A stretch of DNA of 64,000 bases from assembly GCA_964016885.1 (NCBI GenBank), contig OZ024742.1, positions 273,730,001-273,794,000 of the forward strand, written 5' to 3'. Position numbers and translations under genes: made by a program. Source of the DNA: Eledone cirrhosa. Its lineage: Eukaryota. The first letter of the stretch is position 1. The number at the start of each line of letters is the position of its first letter. Of the stretch, positions 14,490 to 26,707 are shown piece after piece. Under the pieces are notes generated by a model. That model had not been told where the DNA came from and did no database searches. It saw only the letters and a list, made by a program, of their open reading frames with translations.

Positions 14490-14531
<42 letters not shown>

Positions 14532-14534
<3 letters not shown>

Positions 14535-14977
14535 TAGTTGCAGTACGCGTTAATACTCGGGAAAGATGGGTTTATTGGCAGTTCCCAGAGTGCTCCTGAA
14601 ATTGCTATCGACCCTGGGTGCCCATAGTGGATTTTTAATAGCAAAGTTTGCTAGATGTGTTTATGGCAGATCAATTTTTTGTGTAGAATTTACGATAGCT
14701 GTTTAAGTCATAAGTCCTTCATCCATCCAGATTTCTTCATTCAGAGTGAATAAGCCGGGGAAGTTTGATCTCAAAGATGCCATATTACAATTAACATGCC
14801 GGTCGTACCAATATTCGCAAACATACGATTTGGGTTTTATTCTTCGGACTAATCTCATAGTAAATCTACTTTCAGGTCATTGATGCTCATACTTTTTTGT
14901 AACCTATCAATGATTCCTGCAATTGACCTTAATCTGACCTAAGCGTGTACACATGTGGAGGATCCATACCAGTGGAT

Positions 14978-15039
<62 letters not shown>

Positions 15040-15416
15040 AAGACGTCTGTTCAGTCAGCAACCAAAATTAGATTGTCGTCTGCTTTGTTTGAAATTTATT
15101 TTTGTATATTTCTAATAATTTGTTGAGTCATTTTCGAAGACTGAGTTGTGGGAGCAGGTATGAGAGTAGTGGGAGGGAGGGTCTAACATAGAGTAGTATT
15201 GTCTCCTCTTCCCACTCTTCGATTTACCTCTTCCATTGTAAATATGTCCCCAGAGGTTCTATTATTGATTGTTATTGAAATTCAGTTAGCCAGTCGTATT
15301 TCTGAATTTTAACTTAATATGTGTGTAAAGGTTCATTCGGGTCGAATTTCTGGTATAGGTGCCAACTGGTTATACACAGATACACAGACAGACAGAAATC
15401 GCCATTTATATAGTAA

Positions 15417-15418
<2 letters not shown>
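14532..15418 (-). mobile_element. Probable non-autonomous Helitron, interrupted by (TA)n
   Basis: ACTAG terminus at 14532 next to a degenerate GC hairpin; (ACAG)n and atttatatagtaag at the other end. Confidence 0.5.
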
Positions 15419-15483
<65 letters not shown>

Positions 15484-15529
15484 TATATATATATACCTAT
15501 ATATATATATATATATATATAAACATACG

Positions 15530-16600
15530 GGCATTATATTAGTGACTGTATCGGGGCCACGACCCTCAACCTAGAACAGCTCGACTCTTTTCTCTCATTT
15601 CACCCCTCCCTCTACTTCACCACCTCTATCTGCACCACCCACGTCTGATTCTTGGATATCTCCATCGCCAACGATCCCTTCCACCGCTCTCTCATCACCC
15701 CTGCTTTCTTTAAACCCAAAGACTCCCACTCCTACCTAGACTTCAGCTCTTCCCACCATACACACACCAAACACTCCATTCCCTACTCCCAACTCCTCCA
15801 GATCCGCCGCCTTTGCAGCTGAGAGGCTGACCTCGAGCCCCAGGCTCTTTCTCTGGTCCGCCATTTCACCCGGAAGGGTTAAACGCCGGCCCCAACCGTG
15901 CCTGCGCAGTCCGATACACCATTGCACTCAACCCCCGCCACCGCCCCCACTCACAGTCTTCTTTTCCCTCTCACCTACCACACTACCACCCTAGTCCTCC
16001 AACGAACCATCCTTCGCCTCTTCCGAAGCCTCCAGTCCGACCATTCCACATCTCTCATCGTACCGTCCCCCTCTTCAAACGCGCACGGAACCTCCGCAAC
16101 CTCCTCGTCCGGAGCTCTCTACCACCCAACCCCCTTCCCTCCCCAGTTCTCTTCCCTGCTCCAGTCCCAGCTTCCACACATCATCATCACCTTCCAGGGT
16201 CCCAACGGTCACTCTCTCTCTCTCCGTTTGTCATGGCTTGCGCTGCACTCCCTCCAGCCTTGTCTACGGACTCCGCTGTACGGAATGCGGGGCGGCCTAT
16301 GTCGTACAGATTGGACGTCGTCTGGGCGAGCGATTCGCCGAGATCCTCCGAGACATTCATCTTCGCGTGAATTCCCCCATCGCCCGACACTTTTGCTCTG
16401 CCGGACACTCCGCTCGCAATTTGACCGTCTGGCGCCTGATTGAGTACCCTGGAGCACTCGACGCCCGACTTAGGGTTGAACAACGCACCATCTTCCTATT
16501 ACAGTCCTGCACGCCACCGGTTTAAACTCCCACCGCTCTTCCTTTTGCCTTCTAACCGGTCTCCTCCCTCCCGATCCCCCTACCCGTCTCTCTCTCCTCT
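15530..16600 (+). mobile_element. Penelope-like element fragment (Neptune-like): RT C-terminus plus GIY-YIG
   Basis: FLDISI, KPKDSHSYLDFSSSH..HTKHSIPYSQLLQIRRLCS; VYGLRCTECGAAYVVQIGRRLGERFAE...PIARHF. Confidence 0.88.
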
Positions 16601-16729
16601 ATACTAACACCACTAAAACATTCCCAAAAGTAAAATTCTCCTCACCTTCCATCCACCGGACGCCAACACCCATATTGGACAACACAACCACTAATAATAG
16701 ATAGCTAGATTGATTTGGTTGAACTTAAT

Positions 16730-18230
16730 GTTATTTTTAGATTTAAAAACCAGTCCTGCTTTCAATTATTCTTCTCTAACTCATAATTTACTTATCAAAG
16801 CATTAATCTCCGCATCTAAACATACAGATATATCAAGTGATAAAATATACATCATCTTAACGCCGAGAAAAACACTTCTAGATGTTAATGGCAATCTCTG
16901 GACCAGAGCTGATAGACCTGAACATTTTGTTATCACCATTGGTTCTTTGGACTCAGCTCAGGTTACAGACCTCTTTGACATCTTTATCCTTAATTCTGAA
17001 CATACGAAATTGCCGGGAATTGCCGGAGGTTTGTATAGTCGTGATGCATTATTCATAGTAAATAATCATACCAATAGTGCCCTTGACAAAGAAAAGAAAA
17101 TCATTATAGTCTTCTTTAATAATTACAACCTTAACCTAGAAATAGAAAACAATAATAAAATAGTTAATTTCCTTGACGTTATGTTAAATCTTAACTCAGG
17201 CCTATACCTGCCATTCCACATGCTAAACGAAAACCTAAACTTTGTCAGCTTTTAGTCTAACCACCCGAGGAAAGCAAAGAACGCTATAATCAATAGTGTC
17301 CAACATAAACATATTTTCGAAGATAAGGCAGAATAATATAAAGAAACCCTACGTAAAGCAGGATACAATAATAAATATTCATTACATAGAAAAGGATAAT
17401 TATATTCCGTATGCAAAAGTATATAATAATAACATAAATAAACCACATAATCAGAATAACCACAATGTAAACAAAAATAAAACATCACATAGAAAAGCCA
17501 GAACCTGATCTATAATCTGGTATTCACCACCAATATCCATAGGAATTAAGACATGTTTAGCACAATGGTTCTTTAAAGCTTTCGATAGATGTTTTTGTAA
17601 AACCCATAGATATTACCCGTTTTTGATAGACACACAATTAAACTCTCTTACTCAACAACTCTGAGCGTAGCCCAAAATATAGCAACAATTAACAATAGGA
17701 ATCTCAAATTAAACCAAATAGAAATATCCTCCAACAATAACAATAATATTGATAATAGCACGAGCAATTATAACAATATATAACTGAATTATAGAGCTAT
17801 ATGATCAAATAACAACATAAGAAATTGTAATTGTAAGAACAGTCTTTCTTGCCCGTTGAATGATAACTGCCTCGACAGAAATTTAGTATATAAATGCACT
17901 ATTAAAACTCATGATAAACTGTATAATTACATAGAGGCGACTTCATCAAAATTTATGGAACGCTGGTATAACCATAAACATACACTTAAAAGTATAGATG
18001 AGAAATCTTCAACTTCCCTATCGCAATTAATTAGGTCTTCAAAAAACAAAAACATTGGTTATTCAATATCTTGGGAAAATCTTCAGTGTGCATCACCTTA
18101 CCAAAATTCCTCTATTTCCAAAAATTGTGACCTTGGCAATGAGGAAATCCTTCATAGTATTACTAACGCAGAAATGTTTAGCTCTTGTTTACACAGAATC
18201 TCTAAAACTTTTCATAAGCTTTACGGTTAA
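16730..18230 (+). mobile_element. Penelope-like element (Naiad-like): RT plus GIY-YIG, disrupted
   Basis: IGSLDSAQVTDL, GGLYSRDAL (degenerate YRDD), VNFLDVMLNL, CNCKNSLSCPLNDNCL, VYKCTI, FMERWYNHK. Confidence 0.87.
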
Positions 18231-18503
18231 ATAATTAGTTATCTGTATTTTATATATAATTCACTTATTTACCATATATATATAAAAAATATACAAATAT
18301 AATTATACGTTCCAGTAGATATAAGAAGTTATTATTTCAAAATAACGAATACCGTTAGCAAAATCACATTTTTAAAACGTTTTAAAGAAATTATTTATAA
18401 AACGTTACAAATAATAAGAGTTACTTCCCTGTGTTTGTTTCCTTATGTAAATCAAATATTAATAAATCGTTCATACATTTATTCATAAAGGGAGTTGTAT
18501 ACA

Positions 18504-18571
<68 letters not shown>

Positions 18572-18573
<2 letters not shown>

Positions 18574-19992
18574 AGTATTGAAGTTTGCTTGAAGCATTGT
18601 GGAACAATAAGTAAATATCTTTAAGTCGTTTGGAAGCCTCGACAATGCAAATGGGTAAATCTCCGGGTAACAAGGTCCGGCGGTGGAGAGAGAGATGTAA
18701 GTGGGTGTACGTTGAGATGCGTGGTGTGTATAAGATGTGTGAGATGTGTAGAATGAAGGGAATAGTATAAAGGATAAAATTAAAATAACAACACAAGAGA
18801 GAGTTACCTTGGGAGAGATTTAATAGTCCCTATATATTTCGGATTCACATCCATCAACTGGGTTTTTTTTCCGGGGTGGGGGAAAAGGTTGTCTGTGGGA
18901 CAAGTCCGGAACGCGTCCTTCGCTGTTTGTTGCTTTGAATATCTGAGGTATTCGGCAGAGCGCGCGTGCGCGTGAAATGGGGTCGGTTGTACAGAGGTCA
19001 GTGGCCGAATGAGGGAGTGGCATGGCGCTAGCTGTCAGTCTATTCTCTGCCACGCACATACGTCGTGTATAAGATAGAATGTGACAGGTGCAACCAATAC
19101 TACATAGGTAGCACAATTCGACCTTTGCACATCCGGATCAAGGAACACATTAAAACCAGGGCCTCGTCTTTCCGGAAACACATAGACAAATGCGGAAACA
19201 AAGACGGAAGGCCCATTGTCACAATTATAGCGACTGAAAGAAACGTCGGCACGTTACGTATCAAGGAAGCGCTTTTTATCAAACGACTGCAACCGCAAAT
19301 AAACAACCGATCAGAGAGAAGCGAAATGAGATGGCTGGTTTAAGTTAACAAGCGATGCAACAACACACAACACACGCACACACACGCACACAAAACTACA
19401 CACACACACGCACAAACACACAGTAGCATTCCACCATACAAACATACTACACTGCCAATACAGAGGAACAAGGCAACAATACACGCACACACATACACAC
19501 ACTCAAGCGAGACAACACACGCACACACACACACAGTAACATTTAACAAACAGGCAGAGAATGGACTGACAGCTATCGCCATCCCACTCCCTCATTCGGC
19601 CACTGACCTCTGTAAGACCGACCACATTTCACGCGCACGCGCGCTCTGCCGAATACCTCAGATATTCAAAACAACAAACAGCAAAGGACGCGTTCCGGAC
19701 TTGTCCGACAGACAACCTTTTCCCCAACCCTGGAAAAAAACCCCAGTTGATGGATGTGAATCGGAAATATATAGGGACTATTAAATCTCTCCCAAGGTAA
19801 CTCTCTCTTGTGTTGATATTTTTATTTTATCTTTATACTCTTCCCTTCATTCTACACATCTCACACATCTTATACACACCATGCATCTCAACGTACACCC
19901 ACTTACATCTCTCTCCCCACCACCGGACCTTGTTACCCGGAGATTTACCCATTTGCATTGTCGAGGCTTCCAAACGACTTAAAGATATTTAC
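18572..19992. mobile_element. 5'-truncated Penelope copy with about 440-bp inverted pLTRs around a GIY-YIG fragment (19065-19343, +)
   Basis: 18611-19051 is the reverse complement of 19553-19992. The ORF reads VYKIECDRCNQYYIGSTIRPLHIRIKEH...IKEALFIKRLQPQIN. Confidence 0.9.
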
Positions 19993-20299
19993 ATATATAT
20001 ATATATATATATATATATACGTTGATCTACATATCCGTATATACGAGAATATTTATGAGTTTAAATATATATTCATGCATAAATCTCCACTAATTGATAC
20101 GTCACCCTATAACGGCCGCCCCACAACCAAAATAAACACACCCCTTTTCAAAATGTTTAAGCATTTGAATTAACGGTCTTTTTATTTGTCTAATATATTC
20201 CTGTTAAGGTATATCCTGTGAAATGTTGAGGTTGTATTCCACATGCCCACAGTGAGCTTACGGTGCAAGTTTATACTTTGGGTATGTCACTATCTTATA

Positions 20300-20517
20300 C
20301 ATCAAATATTGTATTTTATCGGATGAAAGCATACCAAATTTGGTATCCATGAAATACGTATAATAAAATAAATATGATACTATAGTAATATTTTCCATTT
20401 ATCACTCTTATTAATATTATAATACTCCAGATAAAATATTTCTATAGAGTGCTTCATATCTGTTATGAACATAATTCTGTTGAATATTCATCAACAAAGC
20501 ATATAAATCATTGTTTA
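20300..20517 (+). mobile_element. Family A element with an HHR (20312-20370; U4G core change) and a GAGTGC tail
   Basis: tattttat-CGGATGA-...ataccaaa/ttggtat...-GAAA-tacgta-TA-ataaaata. Confidence 0.7.
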
Positions 20518-21019
20518 TAAATATATATTGCTAGAGGCAGTCCGTCTTGTGGATTGTGTATTGAAGAAAGAATATATATTCTAAGGAGATTACGCAATAG
20601 CGATTGCCTAAATTCAAAACTTGAAATCTTCTCACGTTGTCCACATGTCTGGAAACACCACTTCCATTACTGCAAATCTCCAGATTGATTAACAACAACA
20701 TTCTAATTTTCTTATCAACTCGAACTTCTTTTCCGGACTTTTGCAGTTATTACCCTTACACCTTTCGCTCGTGGCTTTGTATCACTTTGGTGAAGCGACC
20801 GTTTCTGCGCATGCGCGTTCATACGGTTGTTCTTCCTGTTCCGTATAACCATGACCAGTACGCGGTGAAGATCCGCTAAGGTGAGACAATTGTTCTCGGT
20901 ATGGTGAACTAACTGTTGTGTTAGCACATCTACCTAACTCGTCCCATGGACTTAATGCTCTACCACTACGGATATTACCTTCCAGTGTTCTGCCTCTCTC
21001 TCTCTTTCTCTCTCTCTCT

Positions 21020-21084
<65 letters not shown>

Positions 21085-21158
21085 TATATATATGTATATA
21101 TATATATATAATATATACATATACAGACACACACACACGCACGCACACACACACACAC

Positions 21159-21199
<41 letters not shown>

Positions 21200-22800
21200 A
21201 GAGGGTGTTAAAGTTTGCTTGAAGCATTGTGAAATGTGTAAAAATACGTATTTAAGAAAGCCACAACAATGCAAAGGGAAATCTCGAGGTAGGAAGTGAA
21301 ATATAGATAGGAAAAACAGGTGAAAGTGAAAGTTGAGAGAGACAAAGATGAAAACAAAACAAAGGTAGAAGGGTTACCGTAGTAGAGATTTTAATCCCAA
21401 TATTTCGGGCTCACGCCCATCAACGGGGGAAAAGTTCCAAAAGGGGGGAAAACAGGCCAAGCGGAGAAAGTGGTGATGTCGTTAAGACAGGAATGCCGTT
21501 ATATATATATAATTATACTTGGGGAGGGTGATATTTGTCTAACATTGCTAGAATTAATAACAGAACACACTCACTGTTTCGTTGGTTTTCGCTTTTCGCT
21601 TCTGTGTCCTTTATATCGGTAATCTAATTTATTCGGTCCTCAATGTTGCCATTGACTGACCAACGGTCAAAAATACAGATACAATATCGACACAAACACA
21701 TATATATAGTTTATCAAAGTTCTTTCGTTGCACATCTGCAACATCGTCAGTGGTGCTATTGTTTCCTCCCGTTGCATTGTATTTTCTACGCCATCTTTAT
21801 TTAGTCTGTTTATATATTTATTTATTTGTTTATTTTATGTTGTCTTCTATGCGCATGCGTTTGCGTGTGTGTATAGTGTTTTGTTTGATGTGTGTTCGTG
21901 ATTGGGTGGCTGTGTATTGGTTAATGTATTCTATATTTACCAGTGTGTGTTTATATGTGTTTGTTGTTATTGTGCTTGTGTATGTATTTATTTATTTATT
22001 TATCTATTTATTTATTTATTTATTTATACTTATCTTAGATCAGTGTTGTTTGTTATTCCATTCATTTTTTCTGTTTAGCCTTGGCCTTCTAAGTTCTATT
22101 TCACTGGCCTCTCTGATTTGCCTATCAGCTGGGTCATTTCTATGTTTAGATATTATTCTAATTTCTATGTTGTCTATGTTACCGTTGTGTTGTTGTCTGG
22201 CATATTCGTATAGTACTGAACCGTTTTTTCGTCCTTTTAGTTCCCCCCAGTGTTGGTCTATCCTTTCAACTATGCTACGAGCTGTCTCGCCTATGTATGT
22301 TGTTCTCATGTTTCTGCAAGTACCCTCTGTACATCTTATGCTATAGACTACGTTTCTAGTTTTACAGTTTATCCGGGGTTTACCTTACATATGATACATG
22401 TTCTATTAGTACAGTGGGTTTTCTTAAAAGGGTAGGGTTTGCTGATCAGGGATTTTATGGTGGTTCCTGGATTTTCTACCATCTTAATCTTTAAGTGGGT
22501 CTTTCTCAGAGCCTTTCTACACTGGTTAGTTAATTTCCCTCCAGGGGTAGCGTCCACAAACATGACACTCTGGTATCTCTGGTTGTCGTACCATGAGGTG
22601 GCTTTCCCTATCTTATGTCTAGCCCTATCTAAGCTATTCCATGATTTGCTCCTGTATAATGGGCAAATTCCTTTTATGTCCAGTTCTATGAGTGTCTTAT
22701 ACTTCTCCGTGGCTCCTTCGTATACTCTGATTCTGTCTCTTTGGTTGTAGCCAGAGAACTGCATGCGGTTGATGAAGTGTTGGATGTGTCTTTCCATTTA
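21200..22800 (-). mobile_element. Penelope-like element 3' part: RT C-terminus, GIY-YIG and pLTR
   Basis: RMQFSGY, SVMFVDATPGGKL, YIGETARSIVERIDQH, RQIREASEI..PRLN. The terminus resembles that at 18572. Confidence 0.87.
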
Positions 22801-23293
22801 TGTCAATATTACACAAATATGGCAATATTACACAAATATGATGCTCCCCAAGTATAACAATATTGCCGAACATTTGAGGGAAATACGACTCGATTTGGAT
22901 AATCCTGTCACCCATCATTTCTGTTCTCCTGGGTATCATTTTACAGCATGGATCACAGGCCTCGCGCAGCAGGACTGAACAAAGGCTGACTCACCGCCTT
23001 GAGCCCTAGTCCCCTCTTGGACTCAACTCACCTCCCCAATTTCTCTAATACCCCATCCATTACACACCCCTAGCTTCCTATCGCTTTCTCTTGATCATTA
23101 GCAGCTTCTCTTACAACTAATACAGGCCACTATATATGCTCACTCCAGTTATCCAGTCACTGCTCTGTATACACACATACACCCCCTTATATTAACATAT
23201 TTTTGCTCATAGCTTCGTACTTACTTTCAAGCACACTCTTTTACTCACATACACACACACATCTCTTCTTAGTTACATACGGCCGTATAATAA

Positions 23294-23345
<52 letters not shown>

Positions 23346-23680
23346 TGCACAAGTATAGCTCTTTTTACGAAACGGTCATTTTTCTTTTTCAGGTAGACGC
23401 GCTCCATCTTCCACTTTTCTATAAAAATAAACATACACAAAACGCAGCACCAACAGCTTTGCAAGAGATGTCAACATGAATGGACCTGGTATTTTTATCT
23501 ACAGACATTTTTCCAATTCCAACCAACTCTATCTTATTTCTAATTCTCTCTTTTGATGAATGATTAGCGTCCGAAACGTTAAGACCCTCTTCATGCGATA
23601 TCAAGCGTTAACCTAATATATCCCTTCCATATACTGTTCCGATTGTGTTGTTATTTCTGTTTACCTTTTACATGAATACA
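22800..23680 (+). mobile_element. Penelope 3' fragment (GIY-YIG end) with a minimal HHR-like motif at 23549-23584
   Basis: AEHLREIRLDLDNPVTHHFCSPG; tctt-TTGATGA-...cc-GAAA-cg-TT-aaga with the palindrome aacgtt. Confidence 0.6.
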
Positions 23681-23697
23681 ATACATATATATATATA

Positions 23698-23860
<163 letters not shown>

Positions 23861-23869
23861 AAAATAATA

Positions 23870-24296
23870 AAATAACAGGAGGCTGGACTTGTGTAAATCC
23901 TTGAAAGGTTTATTATACTATGATCATTTCAATGACCGGGTTCCGTATGAATCCGGTGATATCATCAGGTATTCGAAATATAATAAATGAATGTAACACA
24001 TAAAATCCATGGAGCTGAAAATCATAGACCCGAGGACGACCGACCATCTATCATCTTCCACTTTAGCCGGTCGCCCTCAAGTGTAATTATCATAGTATAA
24101 TAAATCTTTCAATGATTTACACAAGTCCAGCGTCCCCTTATGTTATTATAATATTTAGCTCCGTACTCGCACCACCAACTACACAAACGAAGACGGTTGA
24201 GCTGCCTTACGTTGAGTACTCTCCATATTATTACATCAAGACTGACCATACGGAATTGACTATCCCTATCCAGTAGCGAACCTTCAAACCTAAATA
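23870..24296. mobile_element. Family C fold-back element with an HHR (minus, 23915-23972) and a GAGTAC tail
   Basis: Minus strand reads atac-CTGATGA-..accgg/ccggt..-GAAA-tgatca-TA-gtat. 24089-24135 is inverted relative to 23880-23925. Homologous to 47172-47688. Confidence 0.8.
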
Positions 24297-24297
24297 A

Positions 24298-24340
<43 letters not shown>

Positions 24341-24344
<4 letters not shown>

Positions 24345-25200
24345 AAAAATTTACGAAATGGAAATGCGGGTATATAGAATTTATTAGGTAACAATTGTTT
24401 CTATAGTGTATGAGTTACCTATACCTCGCTACTTGAATAATACACAAATATTATCAAAAACCGAAAGTACACTGTAAGCCAACACACCATGTCATCAGAC
24501 CTTTGTATTAGAATGATATGAAAATATTTTATACACTAGATAAAAGATAAAGAAGGAGGTAGGAAGAGGGAAGTGAGTAAGGTGGAGGGAGTCTTAGGGT
24601 TTAAGACTGTCAGACTAGTAGAGATTGTGAAGAGAGAATGTTTAGGCAGCAGTTAGCTTAATGAGGCATTCTAAGGTTGGCTGGGAAGTAGATTCTTCTA
24701 GTGGTGTTGTCCGAACAACACCACTAGAAGAATCTACTTCCCAGCCAACCTTAGAATGCCTCATTAAGCTAACTGCTGCCTAAACATTCTCTCTTCACAA
24801 TCTCTACTAGTCTGACAGTCTTAATCCTAAGACTCCCTCCACCTTACTCACTTCCCTCTTCCCCTTCTCTTCCTACCTCCTTCTTTATCTTTTATCTAGT
24901 GTATAAAATATTTTCATATCATTCTAATACAAAGGTCTGATGACATGGTGTGTTGGCTTACAGTGTACTTTCGGTTTTTGATAATATTTGTGTATTATTC
25001 AAGTAGCGAGGTATAGGTAACTCATACACTATAGAAACAATTGTTACCTAATACATTCTATATACCCGCATTTCCATTTCGTAAATTTTTTCTCCATATT
25101 TTCTCCGGATTTTAAAACACTTTATTATACGTTGAGCAATCTCTGACGTCAGTTGACTCCGTCCAATGCAACTACTTAGTAACATTGGAATACAAATTAA

Positions 25201-25203
<3 letters not shown>
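24341..25203. mobile_element. Family F near-perfect palindrome (about 370-bp arms, 4-nt loop) with HHRs and a 3' tail
   Basis: 24341-24710 is the reverse complement of 24715-25094 with a few indels. HHR aggt-CTGATGA-atggtgtg..tacactat-GAAA-caattg-TT-acct at 24933-25049. Confidence 0.88.
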
Positions 25204-25267
<64 letters not shown>

Positions 25268-25270
<3 letters not shown>

Positions 25271-25430
25271 AGGTGAGTTTTATTGTAGTACAATAAAGCA
25301 ATGCAGATATCGGATAAGTAGCACTCTACAGTTTGTAGTACTGGAGTATAAATAATATAAGATCAAAAGATGGTTAAAAGATGGAACTCTTTTAACCATG
25401 GAACTCTTTTAACCATCTTTTGATCTTATA
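25268..25430. mobile_element. Miniature fold-back element (about 25-bp arms plus a GAGTGC tail)
   Basis: tataagatcaaaagatggttaaaag pairs with cttttaaccatcttttgatcttata. A related piece lies at 7921-8040. Confidence 0.6.
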
Positions 25431-25759
25431 TATATATATATATACACACATATATACATGCATATAAATGATGGCTGCCCCCTCTGGCCATTGCACGACA
25501 CAATTTAAATAAAAAAAAATAATATTAAATTGTAAAAAAAAATAATAATAATAATAACAATAACATATACATATATACATATGTACACATAGATACATAT
25601 ATACATGCACACACATATAGACACATACATACACATAGACACACATATACATATCTATAACTCATACATATATATACACACATACACACACATGCATACG
25701 CATAAACACACACACAACCCTCAACACACAAATACATACACACCCACAATAACAATTAT

Positions 25760-26705
25760 CGGTGGTGCGCTCGAATGTGGCTTTTTAGCCCACCCAATGA
25801 TCTAAAATCTCTTGCACAGAGTTGGCAAGCAAACCATTCACTGGCAATAGCCGGCTGTGGTTGGATTTTATGTACTTTTGCATGTCGTTTGAGCCTTCCT
25901 GTCTATCTACACTCATTTCCCCGTGCTTGACAAGCATGATGAGTAAGCATCTCCAACAGCAGCCTGGTAGTCAACCAATGATCTCACTTTATGACTGCGA
26001 AGATGAGTTTCAAGTCCCGCTTTGCTGAGCCAGAGTCTCGCACAGTCTTTACATGTCAGCGCCATAGGAGGACCTTCGTTGTCTGGAAATGCAACATAAA
26101 TGAATGTCCTCGCATCCCTTTTTACTTTCTCGTATGCCTTTCAATATGCTTCAAAAGCAACTTTCCTCTCATGTACAGTCGTTCTCTAGTTATTACTATC
26201 AGCAGCTACGCTTTCGAATGAATCAACAAAGACGTTAGCGTCTTTCAAAGAGGCTTTCCACGAACCTTATACCTCTCTTTTGGTTTATGTGCAGGTCGTT
26301 TTCCTTTAACTCTCCATAAAAGAGTTGTTTCGATATTCTAGAATCCTTCACCATGACAAGGTGACGACTCCAACGGTGCCTTTGATTAATCAAAGAGCTT
26401 CCATCCTTTCGTCACTGATGTGGGCCCGCCAATGATCGCCATGGATCCGTCTGTGACACATTTGATACAAATGCTACAATTGTTTAAGTTTGTGGCGATA
26501 TGTGACCCAGATCTCGCAGGCATATAAAGAGAAGAGGGCACATATGCCTTGTACACCTTTACCTTTGTCTTCTTGCATATGTCTCGCCGACTCCAGAGGA
26601 GCCTATCTAGCTTTCCGAAAGCGTCACTTGATTTCCTAATCCTGACTGAAATTTCAGTATCAATATTTTTGTATCGATTGACATTGTTTCCCAGATAAAC
26701 AAACT
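25760..26705 (-). mobile_element. RTE-clade LINE 3' fragment
   Basis: Minus-strand translation gives QFVYLGNNVN, EISVRIRKSSDAFGKL, TKVKVYKAY, RHRWSRHL..VKDSRISKQL and C-terminal CxxC knuckles. Confidence 0.75.
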
Positions 26706-26707
26706 GA

